Source of the DNA: Octopus vulgaris
Taxonomy: Eukaryota
Direction: 5' to 3'
Assembly (NCBI GenBank): GCA_951406725.2
Contig: OX597814.1
Span: 60,822,001 to 60,886,000 of the forward strand
DNA: 64,000 bases
Position numbers and translations under genes: made by a program
Part shown: one piece after another, positions 39,314-53,559 of the stretch
Numbering within the stretch: the first letter of the stretch is position 1
Layout: each line of letters begins with the position of its first letter
The notes under the pieces: generated by a model
Database searches by the model: none
What the model saw: only the letters and a program-made list of their open reading frames with translations
What the model was told of the DNA's origin: nothing

Positions 39314-40145
39314 TACAGAGTGTTCAGGCAAAATTTGACAATTTTTCTCTCCTTTTTTCAGGTACAGCTTGATATACTGGTGAACAATCAAAGGCATTGG
39401 AGAGCATAAAGATTAAAGTTGTAGTTCAGTAAAAGTTAGCTGACAGTGAGGACTGGAAGCTATCTAAATATGAGTAAAGAGTCAGCTGTATCGTGACAAT
39501 TAGCACCAGGTATCAAAATGCTGGCATCGTAACTGCTTCTCAATAAAGGCAGTAAGATGCAACATGAACAACTGTGATGGGTTTTGGGTGTGTCTCAAGT
39601 GAGGGTGATGTCATGCCACTCCACATCTTTAAATAGAGCTTTAGATTCAATTCAAATGGCTATGTAAAGCTAGAAGATAGTGGTCAAGCCCTGGCAGGAG
39701 ATGGTTGCTGCTGGAAGGCAATATGCATGGCAGCAGGATTTAGCTCCTTGCAATACCTCCAGAAAGAGTCAGAAGTGGTTGTCAGAGAATTTCCATGACT
39801 TCACCAATGCCGATTTCTGACTTCCTAATTCACTCAGTTGTAATCTCTAGCCCTAATTTCTCCAACTGTAATCCCCTGCAACACCAAGCAGAGCTGGTGG
39901 CCAAAATCAAGGTATTCAAAGCTCTTCCCAAAGACACAATGAGTTCATGCACCAGGTTCCAGAGCCATCTTCAAACCATAGTGGAAGCTGAGGGCAGCTA
40001 CTTTGAGTAAACAGTTACCTCCCAGCCATAATCTAGCTGATATATTTTTGATTTTTTTTCTTTTAAGTACTTTTATTTTTGGCTGGCCTATTGTGTTTTA
40101 TTTTCCTTTTATGCAAACTGTCAAATTTAACTTGAACACCCAGTA
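39314..40145 (+). mobile_element. Tc1/mariner-superfamily remnant (sister of 7214-8318)
   Basis: TIR tacagagtgttcaggcaaaatttgaca / tgtcaaatttaacttgaacacccagta; GCVSSEGDVMPLHIF and WQQDLAP motifs. Confidence 0.85.
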
Positions 40146-40914
40146 CATTACTGAACGCTTTCATATTATCAAAAGGAAGAAATGATTGTGTCTATGATGT
40201 TCATGCTTTGCTGAAACGCATTAGCAATGTAACTGAAGTGAAATGGCTTTCACCTCTACTTTATAATTCAGACAAAAACTGAATCACCATTTAGGTGGGT
40301 ATCTACAGAAAAATACCATGGTTTGATGTTCCATAACTTTAAGTGCAGCTTAACAGACATTATCTCTGCCCCAGATATGCAAAGAAGTATTACAAATCTT
40401 CTTCAAAGATTCTCAAAATCCACCCAACTGCAATAACAACAAAAATATTACAGTTAAAATATATTCAATAATAGCAATTCATCATTTTGGAAAAAAAAAA
40501 GTCTTTTTAAACCATGAATGGGAAAATATGAATAAAAATAACGATATAGCAACTCAAAAAATTACAAAGCTCACGAAAATATTGCTAAATTTCAATAAAG
40601 ATTACTTCAATAAAATTTATGCATTTAAATAACCAACCAGAATATGTGTACATGTGTGTATATGTAACTATACATGTGAAGAGAGATATGTGAGTGTGTG
40701 TGTATGTGTTTGTCTGCGTGTGTAAATATATATATTCAAATTCATATATATACATTTAAATACATATGTACGTAAATGTATTTAATATATATGTATATAC
40801 ACATGTGTATGTGTATATTTTTATATATCTATGTGTGTATAAATATATATGTAATATACATGCATACATGTAAATATATGTATATGTATGTTTTAATGTA
40901 TGCATGTATGTGTG

Positions 40915-40955
<41 letters not shown>

Positions 40956-41650
40956 ATACATGCAAATGGGTAGATATGTATGTACACACACACACATATA
41001 TATATGTATATATATATAGTACACTGTTCCATGATGGTAAGATGAACAAATATACATGTGTGTGTGTATGTATATATATATATATATATATATTGGGTTG
41101 GCCAAAAAGTCCGTTTGTTTTTTGTCAACGCTTATAACTCAAGCACTCTAATAAGTAGCTAACTACAGTCTGTTCTTTGCATAGGTGCAGTCATTAGATA
41201 CTTAACATAGTTCAACTTGAACTTACAATGACAGGTTGTATTATGTGTGCTTGGGATCACCTTGAAACCGGGGAACCAAAACAAACACTATCAACACCTC
41301 ATGCTTTTTTTTTATTTAAAAAAAAATAATTAAGAAAGCAGCACAAATCTACAAGAATATATGTACTGTGTATGGAGAGTATGTTGCTTCAGAAGTTGTA
41401 TACCTCAAATGGTTTCCAATCTCTCGATTTGGAAATTTTCCAACTCAAGAGACATCCTGCTCTTGCTGGCCAACTGAGATTAACAGCAACAAAACGAAGG
41501 AGTTAACTGACACCAAACCCCTGATATACAAAGAGGTATCAAAAGGTTTCTGCACTAGTTATGTTTGATAAAAAAATAACCTATTTACCTAAGTGACAGG
41601 GTGTGTTGTCATCATAAAGATTCCAATTCTTCACACTCCACAGATCCTGA

Positions 41651-42328
41651 TACATGAGGTGGTATCAAAAGGCTTCTGGACTAGTTATGTTTAATAAAAA
41701 ATAATTTATTTACCTAAGTTTTAACATCATCTCCTTTGGAGTAGTCACCTTGTGTGAGAAATTCATGAGTGAGGAGAGCTCAGTGACAGGGTGCCGTGTC
41801 ATCATGAAGAATCCAATTCTTCATGCTCCACAGATCCTGTCGCTTTCATCATATGTCCTCTCTGACATTTCAAACCATTGTAGTAGCATTCTTGATTGAT
41901 GGTCTGGCCATGGGAGATGAATTCTCGATGCACAATACCACATTTCCAGGGGTGGTGCTCACGGCAGGTCTTCCAGATCACTTATTGTTTTCCAGCGATG
42001 TCCTTCCACTTTTGAAGCACTCATGCTACTTGAAACATTATGTACGACCCGTTGTCTCATCACTATAAGCTTTCCAAAGCAGCTCAATGTCTCTGTAGCA
42101 GACCTCCTAAGTTAGGCCTTTGTTCATGTCCATGACTAAAATTGCGGACAACAACATACATGTGATCACAAAAACACAAATTTCACAAATTGAAGTAAAC
42201 ATAGCACTGCCATTCAGCACACTGCCTCATGAAGGTCAGTGCTAGCTCTCACTGTGAAAACAACTTTGTGCTGCCATCTGTGAGTATGCTGCAGAACTAG
42301 TCCGGGAACTTTTTGTTACCACATCATA
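41651..42328 (-). mobile_element. Second mariner remnant nested in 41091-43345
   Basis: TIR tgaggtggtatcaaaaggcttctggactagtt / aactagtccgggaactttttgttaccacatca; minus-strand WILHDDTAPCH and SGRP motifs. Confidence 0.75.
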
Positions 42329-42444
42329 CAACCACAATGATCACAAATATTCTCCAAATATCCAAACCTGCATCAACTTGGTTTCACCAGTAGGCTTGAT
42401 GTTTGGGTCTCACATCAATTGAATCAGGTTTGTTGTTTGTTCCT

Positions 42445-42738
42445 TCTCAAGCCAAGCCTGGCTCATAAGGGCCATTTTCCCGGTCTCCTTGGCGTATAGG
42501 TTCCCCACCTGGATGGGATGCTGGTCCGTCGCAGGTGAGCTGCAAGATGCAGGAGGAAAGAGTGAGAGAAAGTTGTGGCGAAAGAGTCAGCAGAAATTCG
42601 CCATTACCTTCTGCTGGAGCCGCATGGTGCTTAGGTGTTTCGCTCATAAACACACACACATCGCCAAGTCTGAGATTCGAACCCGTGATCCATCGACCAT
42701 AAGTCCGTTGCTCTAACGACTAGGCCATGTGCCTCCAC
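42445..42738 (-). mobile_element. tRNA-derived SINE with V-domain-like segment
   Basis: Head ggcacatggcctagtcgttagagc..gggttcgaatc; acctgcgacggaccagcatcccatccagg; CpG-rich, so probably young. Confidence 0.8.
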
Positions 42739-43973
42739 AATTGAATCAGGTTGACCTCACTCAATGGATTTCCATCTGAAATTTGCTGTAAGTGTGAAGA
42801 ATAAACAATCTTTTTTTGAAGAGAATGGTAATGGGAACAAAAAATGGAATGTGAAATATAAATAATCATGGAGTACCAGTGGCAAAGCACCTTTCCACAG
42901 ACAGGACTGCCAATTTAGATGCATACTGTGACCAGCTGGGTAAATTAAACACAGCAATCCAAAAGAAGTGTACGAGAATTGCTAATCATAAGAGAGTATT
43001 GTTTTTCATTATGATAATGCCAGATCACACACTTCTTTGTACATGTGGAAGAATTCTGTTGTTCCCTCCATATTCACCCAACTTTGCTTTCTCACATATC
43101 TACCTGTTTCTGTCCCTTCAAAATTCGTTGAATGGGCAAACCTTCAGCTCTCAGAGGATGTTAAAATTCACCTGGATTGCTTTTCCACCATTAAAGACAG
43201 CAAATTCTTTGAACAGGAAATAATGGATCTGTTCAAAAGGAGGTAGAAAATACTGGAACAAAATAGTAATTATAACACCGTGCTTAAAATTTGTGTCATA
43301 TTTTCGCTTAAAAAAATTCAAACCAATTTTTCAGCAAATCCAATATAATATATGTTGTACACACACATATATACATGTATATATATTTTTTGACATAGTT
43401 CCATTGTGTGATACTTCAGGCAAATGTTTTCTACACTAACCTTGAAGACCAACGTGAGTGAATGTGCTAGACAGCAATAAAAGAAAGCCAGTGTGTGTAT
43501 GTGTGTGTGTTTCTCTCTCTATTTACCTGTCATGACATCACATGACAATTGTACACAAGTGGTGCCATCATGCAAGCAGTATCATTCAATTCCAGTCTTC
43601 CATTAAAACACATCAGGCCAAGGAGATATTGCCTTCTTAGGAAGCAAATGAGTGATGGTGACAGCAACAAAATCCAGCTGAACAAAATCTGCCTTAACAA
43701 ATTCCATATAACTCATGCAGATATCGAACAGTGGACATCAAAACAATGATGATTATATATACATACACACACGCATGCACACACACATATATACATGCGC
43801 AATATATTTAGATCCAAGCATGGCTGTGTGGTTGAGCAGTTCCCTTTCCAGTGTCTTCTATGTTAAACCCAGGCCATCCAGAGACTTGTAAGTAAATTTG
43901 ATAGATAGAAACTGAAAGAAGCCTGTTGTGTAAATATGTATGTGTGCACATGTATGTATGTATATATATATAT

Positions 43974-44031
<58 letters not shown>

Positions 44032-44049
44032 TGGCTGTCTACTCCTTAT

Positions 44050-45430
44050 GTGGTTGTCTACCTCCTGTATCTACACCTTAGAACCATCATGGCATCTGAT
44101 GGCTTTTTAAACCAGACAATGTTCTGAAAAGACAATCACATAGATTGCATATCCAATTAGACCACCAAGAGCTGCAGATAAGTTGATCTTTGTGGATCTT
44201 AAAACGTCTTTTGAGGCATTCATTAGATTAGCAAACCTTCTGGTATACATTGCATTCAAAGGTGTGCACAGACATATAGGCAGAATAGTTGGTGGAGGTT
44301 TGCAAATGAGAATTGAGCCCAGCAAAAGAAAGGTATGGTCTATCACAAACTGTGCACACAAAAAGGTCATTGTGATTCACATTCTTCCTTAAATCTCTTT
44401 TGAGTCTTGCATGCAATTATCCTGGCCCCTTCAAACACTTTTGCTCTACTCCACACTTTTGTTCGCCATCCAGCTCAATCCAAAGCAAAGGTTTCTATGT
44501 CCTCTGGATCCATTCCAAGTAACTTCATAGTAGTCCTTATGCTGTCCTTAAACCTTTTTTTAGGTTTACACTGATAGTGTTTCCCCTCTGCAAGGTCACC
44601 ATAAAACAGCTGTTTTGGCATGTGTTCATCTGTCATTCAAACAATATGGCCACACCATCTCATTTGGTTTCTCATAATCATAGCTTAAATTCCACCAAAA
44701 ATGCCTTCATGGCATTTTAGAAAATAACACGAAGGCATTTTTGGTGAAATTGTTCTAACAATTTAAAATGTCTTTCATAACATATCCATGTTTCACAGGA
44801 ATACAACAGGAATGGTGACACAAATGATTTGTAAAGAGCCAGTTTTGTATTCCTTTTTATATGTCACTAGCATCAAGTACATGACTCCAAGCCACCAAAT
44901 GCTTTTGCTGCCCTTTGAATTCACAGATGTATTTCTGTATCAAGATTTCCATCATTATGTACAGAGCTTCCAAGGTAGATAAATGAATCAACAAGCTCAA
45001 GTAACTTACCCTTAACAATAATTTTAGTGGGTGGTTACAAACAGCACCATATGCAGGTTAATGCATTGCAACTGTTTTTTTCAAGTTGATAGTCAAGCCA
45101 AAATCATCACAAGCTGAGCCAAATGCAGATAAAGTGACTGCAGACCTGTTTCAGAATAACTGACAAGATTGCAATCTTCTGCGTATAAAAGTTCCCTAAT
45201 GAGTGAAGTAAAAACCATCGTTTTGAAGTTCAGTCTGGTCAGATTAAAAACATTCCTTGTTGTTTGATATTTTATGTAAATACCCTCCTCAGAGTTTTGG
45301 AAAGTGTGTGACAACACAACAGCAAAGTATAATGCAAATAGGGTGGGTACATCAATGTCTCCTAGCTTTACTCCATTTTGAATGGCAAAAGATTCAGACA
45401 ACTGCTCCAAAGTGGTGCCATCATGCAAGC
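44050..45430 (-). mobile_element. RTE (BovB-like) LINE remnant: RT to C-terminal zinc finger
   Basis: FAIQNGVKLGD..PTLF..IRELLYAEDC (GVKQG, LYADD); PKQLFYGDL; CTVCDRPYLSFAGLNSH. Confidence 0.9.
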
Positions 45431-45658
45431 AGTATTATTCAATTCCAGTCTTCCATGAAAACACATCAGGCCAAGGAGATATTACCTTCTAAAGAAGCAA
45501 ATGAGTGTTGGTGACAGCAACAACATCCAGCTGAACAAAATCTGCCTTAGCAAATTCCATCTAACTCATGCAGATATTGAAAAGTAAACATTAAAACAAT
45601 GACGCTTATATATATCTATATACACACACACACATATACACAAATAAACACACACACA

Positions 45659-45701
<43 letters not shown>

Positions 45702-46158
45702 GCATAATATACATTTTCATCATAATGCTTATGTATATACACAAAGAATGTGTGTGTGTGTGCGTGCATGCGTGTACACATTTATCAACCCCAGAACAAT
45801 TTGAACACAGAATGTAACAATTCACAGTGAAATACTATGAGCATATTCTTCAACACTTGCTACTGTCAATCCTCCACCAAAACAAAAAAACAATCAATAT
45901 TATCTTCTCATAGACACATTCTTATTTTGTTTCATACAGGCTCTACATTAATTTTGGGTAATATTTAAAATTAGTTTATTTGTCAGAGGAGGTCGTAAGA
46001 ATGGGACTTAAGCAAGTAAAACAAAAAAACAGAAAGTGCACTTGAATTACACAAATTAAATTCACATGACATTGGTTTAGATACGAAACCTAAATTCATA
46101 AATTAACACATAACTACTCTTAAGACGAAAATATTGATTTCTAAGACACGATGTCTTG

Positions 46159-46159
<1 letters not shown>

Positions 46160-46194
<35 letters not shown>

Positions 46195-46250
46195 TACGTA
46201 TATGTATATATATATATAGATACATATATATATATATGTACACACATACA

Positions 46251-46298
<48 letters not shown>

Positions 46299-46381
46299 TA
46301 CATATATCTATCAACCCATGCTAGCATTGAAAACGGACGTTAAACGATGATGATGATGATACTCATATACGTATATGTATA

Positions 46382-46417
<36 letters not shown>

Positions 46418-47390
46418 CATACATACATATATATATGCATACATACATCTATGTGTGTGTGTATGTATATATATATATATATAGAGAGAGAGAGATATAT
46501 ATATACACATACATACATACATGCACATATAGACACAAACTTCCACACACAGACACAAACACACTCACGTACACACACATACACAAGCACGTGCATACAT
46601 GCAACAAAACACACACATAACTCAACACATATCTCCACGTTCACACACATATACACACGAACACATACACACACATACGCACACACATATAGATGCACAT
46701 GCACACACGTACATGAATGCACACATACCTAACACTGACAACCCCACACATACACGTATACACATCCGCGTACACACACACGCACGCACATATGCACACA
46801 CAACTACACGCATATACACACACACACCTACACGTGCAAAAAAATCGCACGTATACCTCCTCACACAACCCCTCGTTCACACACACATGCACACAAAATA
46901 CACACCATACATACACACATGTACACATGCACATACACTCACATGCACACACATACACACACGCACATGCAAATGAACCCACACATACCTCCCATACACA
47001 TACAACACATGCTCATACACATACACACACAACACACACTCATACAGACACGCACTCAATTATACATACATGGACACACACACACACACAGAGTAACTTA
47101 CATTTACTCCACAGACACAACTCTACACATACTTCAAACTACCAGTTAAACACCTTTCTACTGACCATTCTCCTATGCACATGTGTAGGTAGACACACAA
47201 CAGACAGCCACTCCTACCAAAATTCTTACTATAAATTCTTCCTACGACCTTAAACGACATTAGTCCAACCACACACATACATAGACAGCCACAACCACAC
47301 ACAGACACACGCACATACACGTGCTGTCATTACACACATACACACACACAGACCTGCATGCACACACAAACCCACACGTACAAACACATA
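46160..47390. repeat. Complex (TA)/(CA)-rich low-complexity tract
   Basis: Direct inspection; source of many spurious H/T/Y/I/C/V ORFs. Confidence 0.9.
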
Positions 47391-47524
47391 CCTCCTCTTG
47401 CACTTTCTTGTCTTAGAAAGAACATTTTCTTCACCCATTCCCTTCCGGCCATTTCAATATGTGACCGCAAGTGTATTGTTGGCGATTTTCTTTCTCCATC
47501 TTCCCTTGTTTGGACTTTTACTAT

Positions 47525-47559
47525 ATTTCTGATGAAGAGATCTGCTCGAAATGTGAAAT
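47525..47559 (+). ncRNA. Degenerate minimal type I hammerhead in a Penelope-type terminal repeat (about 47390-47640)
   Basis: attt-CTGATGA-agag.atctg.ctc-GAAA-tgtg-aaat; cleavage triplet is GUG, so probably inactive. Confidence 0.6.
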
Positions 47560-50283
47560 CCTCCTCCTTTTCTTTCCATTCCTGAGCGTCCAATAACAGT
47601 ACTTGTTCGACGTCCTCGCATTGTTGTTTGGATTGACTATATACATACATCTATGTATACATATATATAAATATATGTAAGATGAATTAGTTTGGATAAG
47701 AGTGCAACTTTTATCTGATATAATGCAACTCTTGACATGCACAAAATATTTGAAAAGAGCCCCATCCTATGTAGCCTGGAGGGCACCAAGAATGTTAAAA
47801 GAAGAAAACTAGCTCATAAGAGCAGTTCAAGCCACATATGTAATAACTGAGAAAGGTAAGAATTGTGAGCAAATTTGGCAAGGTATTTTAGTGTACATTC
47901 CACTTCTAATTAATAACAGCTTTTTAATGTGATATCATAAGCATTCAAAATTGGATATCTTTGGAAACATCTTTATGCTTATAAGAACTGGTTCTTATTA
48001 CAGAATCTTTTGAAGAGCTGCCACTTTATTTGGTAAATTGAGGAACTAAGAGTAAACAAAGTTGTTAAGTACAGGGACCCAGCAGATAAGACACAATGAG
48101 AAAGATGGCAGAAGAATTTCATGTTTAGATGGAGGTGGTTTACAATCAGAGAGTTCAAAATGTCGATGTTGTTAAAGAAAAGACAGACATTCAGTCAAAA
48201 ACTTATTCAAAAAAAGAAAAAGATAGCAGATACTTCAAAGTTGAGAAAAAGTAGAATTTTAATAAAATGTTGGCTTATTTAGTTCCACATTTGATATGAT
48301 TTTTTTCTTTCTTTCTGTACATTCCATATCACTATGAAAAATATCTGAGATAGAATCAAAAGTGATATGATGAAAAAGGAAAGTCGAAGCAGCCATTATT
48401 GATTAATAGTTTCTCTATGAAGTTTACAATGCCAAAAATTGACTGAAAATACCTTAATAATATTATGCTTCTATCTCGAAAGAAATTAGCAGTAGAACTA
48501 TTCAGTTAACAGTTGTTATTGAGAAGTAGCTGTCTGTTAATGCTTTTAGTTATGTTCTAAAACACTGAGATAAGTAAACAGTTCAAAAGTATTTCCTCAT
48601 TTTTAACTATCATCATTAACTTAATGTTTCTTTATAGGCATATGCCAGAGGAATCTATTACATAGCTTCTCTCCATACAAATCTTCTATGGCATGGTACA
48701 TATCTTCTCATATTCTTTTTGCTGCCTTTTATCTCCAAGTATGCATTGTACATTCTGATCAAATGTCCATAACAGTTCATGTAATTTTTTTTTATACTTC
48801 CTCAGTCTTATTTTCATATTAGTTTAACTTGTCACACAAATTGACATCACACAAATTTTTATAGTGAATTCAGCGGAAGAAGGGCAGCACCCAAAGGACC
48901 TCTGTGACTGGTGAAGAAAGAGAATGTTTAAACTGGAGATTTGGTCTGAATGATCCAACAGAGTAAACTCCGGGTGGTTGTATTACTACTAGGAGACAGT
49001 TTAAATTTACTCCAAACTATAGTCTATCAGAGGGGCTTCTGCACAATTCTACACACAAAGCTTGAGTCACCTAGATAGATATAAGACACTTCTCAAAATC
49101 TCATGCAGTGGACATGCATGCATTTGCAAAGCAAACTTCTTAGCCATATAACTTTCCCTTCAACTAAATGCAACACTTTCCTCCATTAAATTTGTTCCCT
49201 AGCATTTATAGCACGACCTCATTAACTAGATTTCACTGCTATGCAACTGCATGCCTCCTTAACAATACGTTCATCCATCATGCAGAAAAAAAAATTCCAT
49301 TGCTGCAATCATTATATTAATGAGTTAAAGAAATACATAAAGAGGTTGTATAAGGAAAATTTTAGAATATCTTGTAAAAAGTTTGAGAAAATTGAGTTAT
49401 GATCCAAATTTAAATGCAAAACCATTATACTAAATTCCTGAACAAAGACAGCACACATCTCTGCTTGCTTGAACATCACAATCCAACAACTGGTTCTACC
49501 ACCACTACTTTTTAATTAGTGATCTGTAGAAGGAAGAGACACTCAGTTATATAAACAATTGGTCCAGTATTTTGCAAACTGTCATGTTTTGTTTTTCAAA
49601 TAAACATATATGGTAATCATCATCATCATCCTTCTCCTTGTTTAACATTTATTTTCCACACTGGCATATGCTGGACAGTTTGACAGGAGCTGGCCAATCA
49701 AGGAGCTATCCAGATTCTACAGCTGTATGCCCTTTCTAACACCAACCACTTTACAGAGTGCGCTGGGTATGTTTTACGTTCCACAAAGAAAAAACTGGGA
49801 AAATGTCTAAAAGTCTTTAACTTTTTAACCCATTAGTCATATCTGGCTCAAATATTTTATCGGTTCCATGTTCAACTGATGAAATCTTGCTTGCCTCACA
49901 CGCCTACCCTATAATGTTATTCTAAAACTAAACAATCACATCAAAATCTCAAAACAATATGAATAAGTAAGCAACACAGTTGACAGAGTAATTTGCATGC
50001 TAAAGAGTTAATCTTTTAGCATACATAACATTTATGGTGAAAGATATAAATGTGAGACTTTCTGTGTGATTTGTGGATGCACCATTTGATGTCCTTACAG
50101 CTGATCTTTACAGTGTTGTTGAATGTTAAAGTTAAACATAATCATTCACAGCCCATCAAGGGAGCCTATATATAGCCAGTTGACCTGCTGGTAATGGTAG
50201 ACAAATCTCACTCGATCACACCATTTTATCTAAAATCACACTCACATTTATGTTATGTGTGTGTGTATGAGAGAGAGAGAGAG

Positions 50284-50348
<65 letters not shown>

Positions 50349-50540
50349 GCACGCGCATGCATGTGTTTTAATACTCTCAGATTAAATGTACATGAAAAGA
50401 AGGGCTGATTACAGCTAGAATGCTTTTGATCATAGGATTAAAAAACAAAAATTCTGTCTCATTACTCTGAAGAATGTTTAAGCAACTATTGAAAAAGTGA
50501 ATGTGCATGGAAGTCATGCTAAATGGAAAAGAAAACGTTT

Positions 50541-50589
<49 letters not shown>

Positions 50590-50639
50590 GCAATTATGCA
50601 GATAAACAAATTGGATATATTAGATATAATATAATAGTT

Positions 50640-51200
50640 GGGGCATGAAACACAAAATATGTATATATGTATACATGAAAAATGAGGGAAGCAAAAAGCG
50701 GAGACTTTCAAACGTTGAGTCTGAGGCCATGTGGGAAGTGCAATATAAAGATATTTATATTAATAGATCCAACTTACATAGAGTACAAAAGACAGAGAAA
50801 ATTAAAGGCGAGAAAGAAAGGTGTTATAAGTCCAACAGCTGTTTCTGGGGGCTTGGAGATCCATAATGTTGGTAGATGTAGTTCATTTCAATATGCAGCC
50901 ATAACAGATGCAATCAACCTAGGATAAGACAAGCCTCCATCATCAGGGTAGAGATTTTACATTTCAGATCTTAATGCAGAGAAGTTCAAAGATTCCATCT
51001 TACTACATAGATCTCTGTTCATTGATTCAATGCATGTTAAATGATGAGGTGTTATAGATTTAGATAGCCAACTCAAAAGATTTTCATGTCCAAGTTTCCA
51101 AGAAATATTCACAGCTCTGGAAGAAACCTTCAGAAAGTATTTAATGAGCAATATTATTTATATGATATAAAATTAAATTTTGAATTAGGTGGAGCCAATA
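50640..51200 (-). mobile_element. Possible CR1/Jockey-group LINE RT remnant
   Basis: Minus-strand LGHENLLSWL and QLLDL-like fragments; similar purine-rich decayed sequence at about 31400-32100. Confidence 0.4.
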
Positions 51201-53559
51201 ACAAGCATCCAATATACTCTGTAAAGTGATTTGTGTTAGACAAGGCATCCAGCCACAGAAACCAAACCAAAACAGACTATGGAACATGGTGCAGTCACTG
51301 GCTTTGCCAGTTCCTGTCAAGCTGTACAACACCAGGCCAGCATGGAAAATGGACATTAAATGTTGATGTTGATGATGATGAAACAGGTCTAATAATGCAA
51401 ACATTACCAACATCACATACTTAATGTGTTTTGTTTATATGCTTTCTGGCTGTGGGATTTTGTCAAGGGAAATGTCCCTTTAAAATGTTGAGTATTAAAA
51501 AACCATCAAATACGTCAAACTAGACAAAATATATATCCCCATTTCACTCATTCACCAACAGCAAGATTTGTTTCACTTGATTCAAAGTTTACACTTGACT
51601 TCTTAAAGGGACGTCCCTGGACAAAACCCTGAAGCTAATAAGCACATAAGCAAGACACATACATTAAGTACGTGACATCGGTAATGTCTATATGATGTAA
51701 TAACGATGGGAAAAGTTCATTAAGCAAAATAAAAGATGATCAGCAATTTAAAGAGACATTATTTCACAAGAGACTTAGAATTATGTTTTGAATTGTAGCA
51801 GGTGTTAATAAATAAACATTAGTTAGATGTTATCACTTTGAGAGAAGCAACAATGATACAAAGTATTCATTGAGTGTATACAATCAATCAAATGGTAGTG
51901 TAAATTAAATACACACACACACACACACACATGAGAACTACTTGCAATGATGACTGATTCTGAAGATAAAAGAGACAGATGAATAACTACTAAAGTTAAT
52001 GAGCTGCTCATGTACAAAAAGTAAAATAAACAAAAACAAACAGGAAAACAAGAATAAACAGATTAGGTAGCTCTCTTGAGATGTTGTGATGTGTGCCGAG
52101 AGAATACCTTACTAATCAGAAGAAACTATTTAGAGAGATCATTAGTAACAACAAACACATGGTTATGGATTTAGAGAAGGGCAACAACAGGTGGAAACAA
52201 CAAATCTCAGGGAATTTTTGTATAGTGAAGTCATCAAGAACAAAAATACAAATTCTGAGATGATTAAAGTGGTTTGTATATTGATAAAGACTACATCTGA
52301 AAAAAAATTACTGCTTCTGTATTGATATGGATCAATAGTTTTGATTTTAGTCTCCTTAACTGATTTATTATATGTTGTTTTATTTATTTCCAATTTTATC
52401 AGTCAAGATGTTGTTGTTGTTTCTAACCACAACCAACAGTGGTTTTAAGGCTATATTTTCATCAGAACATGAGCAATATGGAATTTTTATGAGAGAATTA
52501 ATCCTTTCGTTACCAACCCGGCTGAAACCGGCTCTGGCTCTATAGTACAAATGTCTTGTTTTCATAAGTTTTGAATTAAAATCTTCCACCAAACCTTAGT
52601 CACAATTTATGTTCCTAACACTAACTTAATGATAACTAAGTTATTTTACTAAATTCTTTGTTATATTTAAAGTAATTGAAAGAAAGAGAAAGCATCTCAA
52701 CAGAAATATAGTAATGAAAGGGTTAATGCCAACTAAATATTTTCCCTTTTTTAATTTCTTTACATTTTATTTTTCTTCAACAAACTACCATGTTCTGCAA
52801 ACTCAGGTACTTTACACAAATCTTTCAGGGCAGGTATTTCAAAGACAGATAAGCAGATCCTTTCTAAAATTGACCAACCTTTAGATTTTGATATGTTAGA
52901 AGAATAAAATATCTTCCCCAGACATTATGATCTTTGATGCTTACTTATGTACATAATACACATCAGTGTATAGAGTCATTCTTTCATTACTAATCTGGCA
53001 AGCACATAGAAGATTATGCTTTGTTGAACTGAAACACGTAGAGTTGTCACTCTTGCTTGTCTATGCGAGATTTAATTAATATTAGTCATTGAACTATTAT
53101 TATCCTTTCTTATTATCAAGTATAATAACTCCAATCAGCTGCATAGATTGATGTCGTTTATTTCTTAAAGACACAATTTAATGTAAGTAACAATTTCAGA
53201 TGAATTACCTTTGGATGGATTGTTATTCCAATAGAATGCAGTGAGAAACAGAAATAATAGTGTTGAATGAAATAACTGTCGATAGATATGCTTCTTAACA
53301 TTCTGAATCCAAATCATATGAGGAGACAGGAATCAACAAAATAATAGCCAACACTCGTAAGTAAGTATGACTTGGCAGCATGCACAAATTCTTTTATGAC
53401 AGCTAGAGAAAGAGAGGTATACCAGCACCCATCTGGTATTCATTTTGAGCTGAGTAGAATGAAGCAACATAATATACAGGACACAACATGCTACCTGCTC
53501 TAGGAATTCAATCCTCGACCTTATTATCATGAGCACAAAACCCATATCACTAGGCCAAT

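Larger units (their letters stand above)
41091..43345 (+). mobile_element. Decayed mariner with nested insertions
   Basis: Start tattgggttgg, end aatccaata; YCDQLGKLNTAIQKK..PPYSPNFAFSHIYLFLSLQNSLNG. Confidence 0.8.

Noticed and set aside
46077-47440. Dense stack of overlapping 60-180 aa ORFs (likewise about 34000-34600, 40750-41140, 59680-60370)
   Set aside because: Stop-poor (TA)/(CA) microsatellite artefacts.
50830-50846. Minus-strand gaaacagctgt resembling the HHR stem III motif
   Set aside because: No upstream core or stem I, and it lies within a probable LINE coding remnant.
52105-52300. Minus-strand segment bounded by ttttttcag and a GT donor
   Set aside because: Stops in all three frames; no support as a coding exon.
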